DNA from: Eledone cirrhosa
Lineage: Eukaryota
Assembly (NCBI GenBank): GCA_964016885.1
Contig: OZ024752.1
Span: 46,996,001-47,060,000 of the forward strand
DNA length: 64,000 bases
Reading direction: 5' to 3'
Shown here: positions 36,624 through 51,250 of the stretch, in pieces
How the letters are laid out: each line of letters begins with the position of its first letter
How positions within the stretch are numbered: position 1 is the stretch's first letter
Notes under the pieces: model-generated
What the model was told of the DNA's origin: nothing
Database searches by the model: none
The model's input: only the letters and a program-made list of their open reading frames with translations
Position numbers and translations under genes: made by a program

Positions 36624-39600
36624 GAGGGTCTGTTGATGTGAAATTGGCCAGGCAACGTTTAGAGTCTACACTCCAGAATTTAGTTGAGAAAAAGGAAAGG
36701 TAAATATGTATAATTATTTTTTAATTAAAAACAAAATTAAAATTTAGTTTTTCGCTCTCACATAGTGGATACGTAAATGCATTTGTGAGTTTAATATCGA
36801 ATAATAATAATCAATTTGCTTTCAAGCAAACAGCCTCATTACACTATGTTTGTTAAATGACCATTGACATCTTTTTGTTGGAGTATTTCTCTCTATCACC
36901 GCTAGAACAAAAAAATGGTGATAGTCATCTAAAAAACAGTGTAATGCACTGGGATAATTGCTGGCCTTGTGCCAAAAGTAGAAACAATTATTATTATTCA
37001 ATATAAAACTCACGAATGTATATTATTTAATGGATTGGCAGTATCGGTAGAGGGTCGGACGTCATGCTTTCCAGCATAGTTACGTCCCTTTACGATCTGA
37101 GTTCAAATCCCGCCGAGGTTGACTTTGCCTTTCATCCTTACGGGGTCGATAAAATAAAGTACCAGTAATGCACTGGGTAATTGCTGACCTTGTGCCTAAA
37201 GTAGAAACAATTATTTAATTATTTTAAGGGCGGTAGAGGGTCTGACGCCATGCTTTGCAGCAACGAGTTACGGCCCTTTATGGTCTGAGTTCAAATCCCT
37301 CCGAGGTTCACTTTGCCTTACATCCTGGGTAATTGCCGGCCTTGTGCCAAAAGTAGAAACAATTATTTAATTATTTTAACCTTTTTGATAACAATCCAAC
37401 TGAAATTGCCTCTGCTTCTATGAAACAAAACCACCCATTTTAAAAGGTTCTTATATAAATCAAAACCTTTCAATATAAGAACTTTTTCTTAAGTTATGCT
37501 ACAAATACCATCTTATTAATGCAAATGAAATAGAAATACAGTAGAATAAGATAAGAAGATTTACTCTTTTATGATATTTCAGGGTTAGGATCCCTTTTTA
37601 CAATGGAAATGGAGTGTGGAGGTCATGTATTGGCATTGTACTGGCTTTCTTTAATCCTTTAGCATTTAAACCAGCCGTAACCGGCCAGAATTCTCTCACA
37701 TCTTTCTGTTCAAACTGGCAGCTCATACTGATGTTAAGGTATTGATTTCAAAATAAATAATATCAAAATCTCATATATTCGATATTATGTGAGATATTAT
37801 GTGAAATAAAGCCCTTACCATGAAAATATAATAGTATATATAGAGTAATGTAAATGCTATGTGGTCTAGTTCGATGTTGTGGGTTTGATTCCTGGACCAA
37901 GTGGCATGCTATGTTCTTGAGCTCTTTACTTTGCTCCAATTTACTGAGCTGAAAATGAGTACCAGCAACAGGTAAGGCTTAATGTTCAAACCGGCCAAAA
38001 CCGGCCAGAATTCTCTACTTTTTTCTGTTGAAACTGGCTGTAACTGGTCACTCAAACTGATGTTAAGGTATTGTTCTCAAAATAATTGTTTCTAATTTTG
38101 GCACAAGGCCAGCAATTACCCAGTACACTACTGGTACTTTATTTTATCGACCCCGTAAGGATGAAAGGCAAAGTTAACCTCAACGGGATTTGAACTCAGA
38201 CCGTAAAGAAACGTAACTATGCTAGAAAGCATAGCGTCCAACCCTCTACCGATACTGCCAATTCGCCGCAAAATAATACTTTCAAAATCTCATAGATTCG
38301 ATATTATGTGAGATAAAGCATTTATGATGAAAATATAATAGTATATATAGAGTAATGTAAATGGGTTAAACAATCGTAACTCTGTATTTCACAATGCTTC
38401 ATCTAAACTATATTGCTAAATAAATGTATTTTGTGTTACTTTCTTGCAGCCCGACATCTAGTGAACCTGACTGTGTGAACACTCAACCCGATCCACCTCA
38501 ACGGTAATCTTTTTATTTTACACATGTCTAACAATTTAACTCTTTTGATATCAAACTGACTGAAGCTGCTCTTGATTCTGTAAGGACCGTTGTTGTTATG
38601 TTCCAAACACTAATTTAACCCTTTAGCATTTAAACCGGCCATATCCGGCCAGAATTCTCTCTCCTCTTTCTGTTCAAATGAACTGTAACCGGCTGCTCAT
38701 ACTGATGTTAAGGTATTGTTCTCAAAATAAATAATATCAAAATTTCGTAGATTCGATTTTATGTGAAGTAAACCTTTTATGAAAATACAATAGTATATAT
38801 AGAGTAATGTAAATGGTAAAGGGTTGATAATAAGAAAGTTATTTTACTAAATCCTTCCAAATTCTTCATTATTTTCAAAATCCATTGAAAATAATAGGTG
38901 GTGTCTTTTATTAGAGATATGGTAATTAAATAGTTACACAAACACTCTAGTGAAGGTATGTGGTCTAGTTCGATGTTGTGGGTTTGATTCCTGGACCAAG
39001 TGGCATGCTATGTTCTTGAGCTCTTTACTTTGCTCCAATTTACTGAGCTGAAAATGAGTACCAGCAACAGGTAAGGCTTAAATGTGTGATGGGCTAGTGC
39101 CCTATCCATGGGAGTTTATTGTACTTAATGCCAAATGAAGCCAGGATAAGCTCTGGCCTCCACACTTCAGTGAATATAATTAAACATCTCGGATTGAGGT
39201 TGGGAGAAACACATATGCTTATGAAACCAAAGTATACTTTGTTAACTCTTTATATATTATTGTATTTTCCCAGTAAAGGCTTTATCTCACATAATATCTA
39301 ATCTATAAGATTTTGATAGTATTTATTTCAAGAACAATACCTTAACATCAGTACGAGTGGCCAGTTAGAATAGAAAGAGGTGAGAGAATTCTGGCCGGAT
39401 ACACTCGGTTTAAATGCTAATGGGTTAAATTATAGACACAACACACACTCTCTACTTAAGGGTAGACTTTTATTCAAGTGTATATCGTATGTTCACTGTT
39501 TTTACAGATTGCCATCACCCCAGCAGTCACCACGGAAATCAAATTTATCTAAAGTTAGTCGGAAACGTAAAAGAAAGGAAGATTCCACAGGTTCAGACAT

Positions 39601-40501
39601 TGGACAGTATCATCGTAAGTTTGGCTCACAATATATACTTAGGCTGTGTCCTTGAGAAGTTCACTCCGGTCATTCGGTCTCAGGTTTTATTTTCCACTCT
39701 GTGATACTTTGAGCAAAGTACGGCATGGCCAACTGGCCAGACTTGTCTCATAAAGTGAATGACCCGTCTAAACCAGGCAAGCTTGGAAAAATAGACGTTA
39801 AATGGGGATGTTGATATATATATATGTATACAGTCAGTAGGCATCTCTATCAAAACACACCCCCGTCCCACCACCTCCACCCCATCCACACCGCCCCTTT
39901 CATAAAGTTATGTTGGTCCCACAACATCCAGGCCGAAACAAATGAGATCGTGTAGGTGTCACGACAAAAAAACACACAGTCCACGCTGTAAATGTGGCCG
40001 TGTAGGCAACACGGTAAAAACCTCCCAGCCCCACACTGTAAATGTGGTTGGTGTTAGGAAGGGCATCCAGCTGTAGAAAACCCGCCAGACAGTCCTATGC
40101 GAGCAAGACAATCACTCTTGCCTCAAGTGGGAAAACCCCCGTCCAAACCCATGCAAGCGTGGAACACGGACGCTAAACCCGATATATCATCAGCCAGAAA
40201 CAGTTCTATATGAGCAAGATATGGTCACCCGACCCAACTTGCCTCTAAATGGGACAAACCCGTCTAACCCATGGTAGCGTGGAAGATAGAGGTTAAACGA
40301 TGATGATGATATATATATATATATATATATATGATGGCCGCAAACTCAATTTCGAGCATTGCCATCGCCTGATAAAATGCTCAAAAACATGAGACACGAA
40401 TGTGGCTCTTCAAACCAGCCAAAGATTTGCATTCTCTGGTACATACAGTAGGTTCCGCTGGGACTTTCCACCGTTTGCTTCTGACTGCATTCTCATATGT
40501 C

Positions 40502-40551
<50 letters not shown>

Positions 40552-43500
40552 AATATTTAAATAATAATGAAATTATTGTGTACAGTGCTCAGGTGCACTA
40601 CAACTCATCAAAGGTGCATGTATAGTACATAGAATAATGTACAAATGTCAGGAAAATAAACAGTGTATGAGTCATGATATAATAACAATAACAATAATGA
40701 AATATTGTGCACAGTGCCCAGGTGCACCACAACCCATCAAAAAAGTGCATGTACAGTACATAGGGCAATGCACAAACATCAGTAAAATGAACAGTGCACA
40801 CATGTGTGCATGTGTATGGAAGGGGCACATCAGGTGTAGTTTTGGCGTATGTTAATTTTCCATTTATTCCTTTTATTGTCTTCAGATACTCACGTTATGA
40901 AATTATTTGATCGGAGTGTTGATTTGGCCCAGTTCAATGAGAATACACCCCTCTATCCTATTTGCCGATCTTGGATTAAGAATCAACCACACAACAACCT
41001 AAACAACCAAAACCGCTCCTCTAGCCCAGAGTCAGATGTTCAAACTGATGAAGAGGTAATTAGTGACTTTTATTGACATGCTATAGACTTATATAATGAA
41101 AGGAAACTAACCTATCTTCCTATATGTCATTGGTCTTATTTGACGGGTCGCTTCCCAATGCCAAATCTGACTTATTTTTAAATCAGTGGAATGTATTCCG
41201 CTGCCTTTTCACACATCCAACTGATAACAGCAAAGACATGTGGCCTAGTTGTTAAAGTGTTGAATTCACGATCATGTAATGTGTAGGAGAGAAGCTGCAC
41301 TGGTATGGACATGTGATGTACTTGGATGATGATCACTGAGTGAAGAATTGCCAAGTAATCCCTGAGGAGGGCAGGTGCAGTAGAGGTAAACCTGAGCAGA
41401 AGTAGTGTAAGCTGACCTGAAATAGTTGAAGCTCACAGAGGAGATGACAAAAGAATGCGACATGTGGAAAGATACTGTACTGAAAAGGACCTGTCCAACC
41501 CACGCAAGCATGGAACAGCAGACATAAAATGATGATGATGATGATGATGATGATAATGTTCTGGTGTATTTTTAGGGATATTGATAGTCGATCGACAAGA
41601 TCCCAGACCTCATTCGCTTAACGAGCAGGATGGAGCTCATCAAATCAGACCAAGGAAACAATGTTTCCATTGGTCTTTCCAATTGCTAATACTGTCTGTC
41701 GGTCACAACTCCTGTTTATTTCACTTTGTCGTTTCAGAATGTAAATAAAGATGGAAATATCTTCCAGTTACCATCTCCAATAAAAAGAGAAGATGAGTAT
41801 GTTGATTTACGGATACCTTCTCCCATTCCTCAGGATCCATCTAGACTAGATATTTATGCTGTAAGTTTTGTGGGTTTTTTTAAAAATTATTTCATCTTTC
41901 TATCTACTGTGTGTATCCAGGTTAAAATAGGTAGACTGAATCCCTGCATATCGTAAAAAGGGATTAAAGAAACTGGCACGAGGAAGGGCACCTCACCATA
42001 AAGCATTGCCTCAAAAAGGACCCCATGACTAGTGTGATTAATTATATATCATCATCATCATCATCATCATCACCGTTTTACGTCCGTTCTTCCACGCTAG
42101 CATGGGTTAGACGGGTTGTCCTGTTGTGGGCAGTGTCTGGTCGGCTGACCATGCCTTGCTCATACAGGAACTGATCTGGCTTGATTTCTACAGCTGGATG
42201 CCCTTCCTAACACCAACCTCATTTACAGTGAGTGCTGGGTGCTTTTTCGTGGCGCCTACACGTCCACTTTACAGTGTGGGCTGGGTGCTTTTTTGCCGTG
42301 GCACCTCCACGACCACCTTGCGGTGGGGGGGGGGGGCATATTGTTTATATGCTTCAGCATGTACCCATGGGAGGTCGGGTACCCTGTATTACTGCGTGAC
42401 GCCAGAAGTCACGGTCGTGTGTCATTGACTTTGAGAGGTGTAGTTGGGTAAGGTCGGCTTTTATCACCTCATCCCAAGTCATCTTGGGTCTCCCCACTCC
42501 GCGGTTTCCATCAACTTCTAGTGCTCTGCACCTTTTTATGCAGCTGTCATCCTTCATACGCATCACATGTCCATACCAGCGTAACCGCCTCTCCTGCACG
42601 CAGCATTTGATTCCTCTTATGCTCAGTCTCTCTCTCAATTCATTTATGCTTTGTCGTTCACGTATATAGATATGTATATAATAATACAAGGATGATTGGT
42701 TAAGCCTTCATTACGTTTATTGGTTAGTGACATGTGTTTCACTATTGATCAGCTCAAAGTTCGATCTGTATTGATCTGGCCCAACTCTGGAATCAAAAGC
42801 TCGCTGGACCTCTGTTGTAGTAATGACAGAATATTCTTGATCAATAGTGAAACACATGTCAACAATCGATAAACGTAATGAAGGCTTAACTATGCTTTGC
42901 AGCATAGAGTTACGGCCCTTTATGGTCTGTGTTCAAATCCCGCCGAAGTTAACTTTGCCTTTCATCCTTACGGGGTCGATAAAATAAAGTACCAGTAATA
43001 CACTGGGATAATTGGTGGCCTTGTGCCTAAAGTAGAAACAATTATATTTACACTCTTGTCTAGCTCTACACCTCGCCACTGACGTGAACCTAAACATGGA
43101 GTGTTCACCTGGGTGAACCTACAGTAACTTCATGTTACACTCCCTGGATATATATATATATAGGCAAGCATGCTCCGTTGGATGTGCAGTGTAAATGTGC
43201 GTGAACGACCCAGCATAAATGTGTTGAGAGAGAAACTGTGTCTGAGAGGGATAGAATGTAGTGTACGGGAGAGGAGACTGAGGTGGTATGGACATGTGAT
43301 ACGCATGGAGGATGACCGATGGGTGAAGAAGTGCCAGGAAATGCCAGTTGAAGGAAGACGTGGTAGAGGTAGACCACGAAAAACATGGGCGGAGGTGGTG
43401 AGAACAGACCTCAGATCATTGAAGCTCACGGTGGAGATGACGAAGGACCGTGACGAGTGGAGAGATGCTGTGTTGAATAAGACCCGTCCCACCCTTGCAA

Positions 43501-45346
43501 GCAGAGAAAAGCGGACGTAAAATGATTTATGATGATATATATATATACAAACACACACACATATTCGTCAACACTACACCTGATATTCCCCCTCCATACA
43601 CATGCACACATGTAGCTGTGTGTATATCACAACTCATACACTGTTCACTTTCCTGACATTTATTTGTACATTATTCTATGTACTATACATGCACCTTTGA
43701 TGAGTTATAGTGCACCTGAGCACTGTACACAATCATTTTCATTATTATTATACTTTATTATATAACTTTTAATTGTTTTATTTATAGGATCCTGACAAAG
43801 CTCCATCTCCAGATGATCTTTTATTAAATCATATGACACGTTGGAAACGTATTCGACACAAGTAAGTTTCACAGTTTGTCATCTTAATTGAAATGGTATG
43901 AAGTGGTTACACCAAGCTATTCTTGATAACAGTCTTAACCCTTTAGCATTTAACATTACTCTATATATACTATTATATTTTCATTGTAAAGGCTTTATCT
44001 CACATAATATTGAACCTATGAGATTTTGTTATTATTTATTTTGAGAACAATACATTAACATCAGCATGAGTGGCCAGTTACAGCCAGTTTGAACAGAAAG
44101 AGGTGAGAGAATTCTGGCCAGATATGGCCGTTTTGAATGCTAAAGGGTTATGGCAAACGTCTGTGGAAGACATCTGCAGTTCTGTATATTCTGCTGGTAG
44201 TTGCTGTCTGCACAATGATTGATGTATATACATGAAGCTAAGTGTGTTGGTCAATGGAGAAGTTGGACCATTCAGGTTTCAAGTACTGAAACACAGCTGC
44301 AGCTTTGCCAAGTCTCTTCTCCTCTACATCTGTTTCTGAGTTGTTATTGTTAATAAGGCTGCCCAACTATGCAAAGGAGTCAACCATCTACAGAGTCTTA
44401 CCCTCCAGCTAGACTGGTTGCTCTACCACCCTAATAATCATCACTTTTGTATTTTCATTGCTGAACTGAAGACCATCTTTTCCGCTGTTGTTTGTTAAGT
44501 AAAATCCGTAGAGGAAATATAAACAGACCTGTGTTGGTGTTGGTGATGAGTGCTCTAGTGGTTTGATCAACAGTATGGCCTACTTGTTGTTAAATCAATA
44601 TGTAACTGGCTGAGTATTCCATAGGCACTTGTACTCTTCACATTATTTTTTACTCTACTTTGTCTCAGGATTGAGAGGGCTCTTCAGTAATATCGGAGAC
44701 ATGACAGCCTCTCTAGTACTGATGCTATGATAAAATACACCTGGTACACTATGTAAAGTAGTAGAGCTGGTGCTATCATAAAATGCACCTTGTACATGCT
44801 ATAAAGTGGTAGTGGTAATGCCATGTTAAAATGCACCTGGTTCTCTGTAAAAGTGGTAGTGCTGATGCTATGATAAAATGCACCCAGTACACTCTGTAAA
44901 GTGGTAGTGATGGTGCCATGATAAAATGCACCTGGTACACGCCGTAAAGTGGTAGTGCTGAGGCTATGATAAAATGCACCCAGTATACTCTGTAAATGTA
45001 AAGCAGTTGGTGTTAGGAACTCCATCCAACCATAGAAATTGTGCCCCAAATGGAATGTTTTGTTTGAGACGTGGTCCCTTGATCTGGTCTGTAAAACCCC
45101 CTCCAAGACATGCCAATGTGGAAAACGGATGTAAAATGACGAGAATGAAGATATTAGTTTTTGAGCTGTCACGAATAGTTTAGTTCTGATTATCTAATGA
45201 AATTTCTATATAACGATCATGAAGTAATTCTTTTCCTTCAATCTTTACTCAGGTGGAAAGAATCCTCACGACGAAATGAAATGCAATATGCTCGAAGTTT
45301 GAATTTGCTGAAAGAAATGTATGATAGACAGTGCAAAGAGTCATGA
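36624..45346 (+). CDS. LIN37: LIN37 (DREAM/MuvB subunit). Exons 36624-36699, 38450-38503, 39508-39614, 40886-41055, 41738-41860, 43788-43861, 45253-45346; first exon probably near 31452
   Basis: Hallmarks [31 protein letters not shown]-terminal [12 protein letters not shown], basic RKRKRKE, RIPSP, and C-terminal [23 protein letters not shown]...LKEMY. All junctions are GT-AG with consistent phases; TGA at 45344-45346. Confidence 0.93.
40886..41055 (+). CDS. LIN37: LIN37 conserved exon ([16 protein letters not shown]...PLYPICRSW)
   Basis: ttcag| acceptor, gag|gtaatt donor, 170 nt. Confidence 0.95.
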
Positions 45347-46785
45347 TATGAAAATGAAAAATAATTCTTATTTTGAATGACAGCTGTAAAAAAATTTTAT
45401 ATTTTTCTTTTTCCGTATCAGAAACAGAATCAATGAATTTCATTACATAATTTAAATAACTAATACAGAGACATCATTTGAAATTTATTGTTTAAATGAG
45501 AAGAGTATCACTCATCAAGTGAACCAAGGAATTGTGATTAAGGAAGCGAAGAGCAGATAACTCTGTTGGGACAAAAATGTTTTCTGAATGATAATTTGGT
45601 TTCAATTGCAGCTCCTATAAAACAAGGGTTTATGTTTGTCCAGTGGTGTAGTAAGGGGTGTGTGAAAGGAAGCAGGTTGCTTCCGAATGCAGGCACTGTC
45701 ACCACTAAAGACAGTCACCGTTTCTTCCAGGTGCACCACCAAGTACAGGTAATACCAAATGCAGTCACCAAGTGCAGTTACCACCAAATGCAGTCACCTC
45801 CAAGTGCAGTTACTCTCAAGTTAAGATGAATGTACCAAAAGTTTGTTTGCCCCTGGGGTACTGTGAATTCTTGCTTCACCCTGTGTTTGCCCCTGGGGTA
45901 CTGGGAAAAAAGCACCCAGCACTCACTGTAAATGAGGTTGGTGTTAGGAAGGGCATCCAGCTGTAGAAACCAAGCCAAAATCAGTTCCTGTATGAGCAAG
46001 GCATGGTCAGCCGACCAGACACTGCCCACAACAGGACAACCCGTCTAACCCATGCTAGCATGGAAGAACGGACATAAAACGGTGATGATGATGATGATGA
46101 TGACTGTGAACCCCTTACTTCACCCATTGTCCTCTATATGTTTGTTATGATCAAATATTATATGTTTGTTATAATCTAAAATTATAAAACAGAAATTGTC
46201 CTTCAACCTCTTCTTGTTTGATGTTAAAGAAATTACAACTGAAAAAAAGGATATTCAGTTAACATAAACTGTTTTTTTTTGTTTTTTTTGTCACGGTCCT
46301 TCGTCACTTCCTCTGTGAGCTTCAGTGATCTGAGGTTAGCTCTCACCACCTCTGCCCATGTTTTTCAAGGTCTTCCTTCCACCTAGATTACTTGGCACTT
46401 CTATTATCAATTATAGTGAAGGTGCGTGGACTAATGGTTTGTCTGTTGGACTCACAATCAAGGCTATGAGTTCAATTCCTGGATTAGGCAGTGTGTTGTA
46501 TTTATGTGCAAGACACTTTATTTCATGTTGGCTCCAGTCCAATCATCTGGTGTGGAGGTGGGGTTAGAGGAAGGGTGGATAAACCGGGTTAATCTCTGTA
46601 ACTTCAAGGGTAAGTCTCTCATGATAGTACAGGGGTCCCCTATTGTTAATACACCTGAGAAACCTGTGAGATGCAATCTTGTTGGATGCCAGTTAAACTT
46701 AACTAACATTGCTGTGAGCTGTAACAACATATATAGACATGCATATACACACATATATATATAGAGAGATGGGGGAGATATTATG

Positions 46786-46834
<49 letters not shown>

Positions 46835-49800
46835 CCCGGGTTCAATCGGGGCTACCCACAGTATGTAAGGTACTCTACATAGGAGAGTATATACAATGTT
46901 TAATATAGAAATGGCTTCTACAGGACTAGAACTGGTTCAATCATATATATATATATATATATATAATTTAAATTAAAATATATATGTTTATATAGCGAGA
47001 AAAAGCCATATATCTTTTAATTTGAATTATTGATGTTCTGGACAAAAGTCCATTGAGCTTTTCTACTGAGAAACATAATCATCATGCATATTATATATGT
47101 TATAATACCTTAACATAATATATATATATATATACACACACACACATGATAGAGCTGGGGGTCTCTATCATTAAAACAGCTGAGAAACCTCTTACGAGAT
47201 TTAACGTAAGAGGCCAGTGAAACTGCATTGGTGTAATATTTAACAATTATTTGACAATAGATGCTGATAATAGAGATGACTGGGCCAGTAAAATATTCTA
47301 AGTTTAGATTTAATCCCTTAACATTTACATTACTCTATATATACTATTATATTTTCATGGTAAACGCTTTATCTCACATAATATCAAATCTATGAGATTT
47401 TGATATTATTTATTTTGAGAACAATACCTTAACATAAGTATGAATAGCAAGTTATGGCCGGTTTAAATGCTGAAGGGTTAATACAGTCGACTTTGTCTTT
47501 GATACTTCTGGAGTCAAGCAAAATAATAATATCAGTTATTGGCATCAGTTTGAATGTTTGCCTGTGTCGCTCTCCTGTTAAAACTGGTCTTTTGCCATAA
47601 TAAAATCTGATTATGTGAGTGATATTAATATATCACAGATATTCTGTGAACTGAGTTAAAACATTTTAACCCTTTAGAATTTAAACCGGCCGTATCCAGC
47701 CAGAATTCTCTCACCTCTTTCTGTTCAACCCAGCCATAACTTTGTAGTATCTCACCTAGTTCTGTGTGTACTGAGTTGAAATCTTGCCTCCTCCTTCTAG
47801 GAGTTGTGACAGACAATATCAGTAATGGATAGACCAAAGGAAACAGTTTTCTGGGTTTAATCTGATGATTGACTTCTTTCTTTTATTTTTATCATGAATA
47901 ATAATAATAATAATAAAAAGAGTGTATGTAACGTTAGGGAAAATATCTGGTGCTTCTTGTAGCACGTGAAATATAAGTGAAACAAAGAAGAAAGTAAGAT
48001 ATCTGTTAAAAAAATGTAAAGCATTGCAATAAATGGTGGAGAAGAGATGAACATGTTTGTCACATTAGTAAATAAACTTAAGAAAATTAACAAAAAACAG
48101 ACAAGACAACGAATGGAAACAAAACAAAACGAAAAACAATTTTTTAAGGAAAAGCTCTGAAAAATTATTTTTAAAAGAAATATACAAACAAAGGACTTTA
48201 CCACATCAACAAAAACTAAATACAGCAGCTTATTTTTGGCTAAGAACTTCTCTTGTAGTTGCCTCACCAGAAAGAGGGAATCTGTAGTATTTTTCCCAGG
48301 CCTGAAACCAAACTACATCTCATCTAATTTGACTGTTTTCCCTAATTAGCTTTGCTATGTAATGATAATGAATTCTTCATTTCAGAAATGCAGATAAAAC
48401 CTAACAGTAAATGATATTAAGAAAATATAAACGTCTTTAGCTTGGTACGTTTTATATCTGATATCTAATATTAAATATGGCAGGGAAGATTTTGTTTAAC
48501 TGTACACAAGATTTGAAAAACAAATATTAGACACTGTTGCTAACATTATAACAAGTTCTTTGGTATTACTATTCAAGTACCAGTTAAATACTGGGGTCAA
48601 TTTCATTCAAAAATCCTGCCCCCTCATGTTTCTGGCTTTTTATCTCTTATGTCAGAACCTTACCTTTGCCTTTCATCCTTAAGGGGTCGATAAAATAAAG
48701 AAACAGTAATGCACCAAGGGTCAATTTAATTGACTTTCCCTTCCCCTAAAATTGTTGGCCTTGTGCTTAAATCGAAACCCATATTATTATTAAGAGGCAG
48801 TGTATTGGCAGTATCGGTAGAGGGTCGGACACCATGTTTTTCAGCATAATTATGGCTCTTTATGATCTGAGTTCAAATCCCGCCGAGGTTAACTTTGCCT
48901 TTCATACTTACGGGGTCGATAAAATAAAGTACCAGTCACGCACTGGGGTAATTGCTGGCCTTGTGCCAAAAGTATAAACAATTATTATTAAGAGGCAGTG
49001 GATTGTGTCATTTGATCTGTCTCTTTTATCATTTCATCATCATCATTTCATATTACGTCCGCTTTTCCCTGCTTGCAAGGGTGGGACGGGAACTGATTCT
49101 GGCTTGATTTCTACAGCTGGATGCCCTTCCTAACACCAACCTCATTTACAGTGAGTGCTGGCTGCTTTTTTGCCGTGGCACCTCCACGAGCACTTTGCAG
49201 TGGAATGATAGGGACCCCAGTCCCTATCATCTCATTTCTACAGCTGAGTAAACTGGAGCAATGTGAAATAAAGTGTCTTGCTCAAGGAAACAACACATCA
49301 CCCGGTCTGAGAATTGAACTCACAACCTTTTGATTGCAAGGCCAATGCTCTAACCACTAAGCCTTGTGCCTTTCCAGTCTAAATTCAAATACTGCTGAGA
49401 TAAACTTTGAAATCAGAATATAACATCTTGTTATTGATCCTTCTGGGGCTGCGATAAAATAAAGAATCAGTCAAGAACTGGTATCAATACAATTGAATGT
49501 ATTCCTCCATCAAAATGTCTGGCGTTGTGCCTATGTTAAAAATAACAACACATGCATTATAAGGTTATTTCCCTGCTAATGTAAGATTTAGCTTTGCAGA
49601 CCCTATAACAGGCTTCATAATCCCCCCCTATCTCTCTCATGAAATTGTTGTGTACAGTGCTCAGGTGCACTACCACTCATCAAAGGTGCATGTATAGTAC
49701 ATAGAATAATGTACAAATGTCAGGGAAGTGAACAGAGTATGAGTCATGATATACATGTGTGTGTGGAGGGGGAATATATATATATATATATCTACATATA

Positions 49801-51250
49801 TATATATATATATATTTGTGAAGGCGTGTGGCTGAGGGGTTAGAGAATTGGATTCGCAATCGTGAGGTTGTGAGTTCAATTCCTGGACCAGGCGATGCGT
49901 TATGTCCTTGAGCAAGACACTTTATTTCACATTGCTCCTTCTACCTGGAGTTGCGACCGATAGATAGTATTAGCAATTGGAAAGACCAACGGAAACATTG
50001 TTTCCTCGGTCCGATTTGATGAAAGTCGATCGTTCCTAAGATATATATATATATGTATCGGCAATCTATGACCTGATGCTTCCTCTCTCTCTCTCTCAAA
50101 CACACCCTCTCTCTCTCTCAAACACACAAGCATACTCTGTTAACACTAAACAGAACTTGAATTTCATTGTTGAAATTAATGTGATATTAACATTTGTGAC
50201 CACTGTAAACATGGTTTGGATATTTTTGATGATTGTAAAAAAAGTGTCACTTCATTAAAGAAAATTCATTTTAACTCTTGTTGCCTTCATCTCTCTCTCT
50301 CTCTCCACATCCCTTCTCTCTTTCTCTCCTTATAAGTCATACCTTATTATTAGGGCCGGGCGCCAAGTTTTGCAGCATAGAGTCGCGGCCCTTGACGTTC
50401 TGAGTTCAAATCCCGCCGAGGTTAACTTTGCCTTTCATCTTTATAGGGGTCGATAACATAAAGTACCAGTAATGCACCGGGGTAAATTGCCGGCCTTGTG
50501 CCAAAAGTAGAAACACTTCTTATGGCAGCGTCGGAGCAAGGCACAGCGTGGTCAATCCTGGCCAGATTTGTCTCTTGTCTCTACGACGTGGATGACTCGT
50601 CTGACCCATGCAAGAATGGGAAAATGGACATTAAACGGTTATGATGATGATGATAAGACAATGCTGTGGATTAGCAGAATTGTTAGTTCAAATTTCCACG
50701 AGGTGAATTTTGCTTTTCATCCTTTCAAGGTTGATAAAATAAATACGAGTCAAAGAGGACCCACATTAGCATAAGGGGCTACTCATAGCCAGCCTTTCAT
50801 AAAATAAATGGAGGAAGATTGAGCTATGGGCTTGCAACCTCTTCTCATCTTGCCTTGCATGTAACAATAACCTTCCAAAGAAACCATAAAATGGGAGCAG
50901 ATGTAGATAGACTATTGCGCTGTAAGAGAATGGAATGGTTTAACCCTTTAATGTTCAAACCGGCCAGAATTCTCTACCCCTTTCTGTTGAAACTGGCTGT
51001 AACTGGTCGCTGAAACTGATGTTAAGGTATTGTTCTCAAAATAAATACTTTCAAAATCTCATAGATTCAATATTATGTGAGGTAAAGCCTTTACCATGAA
51101 AATACAATAGTATATATAGAGTAATGTGATTACTAAAGGGTTAAAGAAAGAAAAACGAAAAGAACGAGTGCCTCCATCTCTAGATATATGTCCCATTCTC
51201 TTAAATAAAATAATTTCAACTTCCTTGATACTTTATCCAGGGTCTTGAAA

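Noticed and set aside
47170-47235. Hairpin CCTCTTACG-AGATTTAA-CGTAAGAGG between CTGAGAA and GAAAC
   Set aside because: The core deviates from CUGANGA and stems I and III cannot be formed; at most a decayed hammerhead, so not called as a feature
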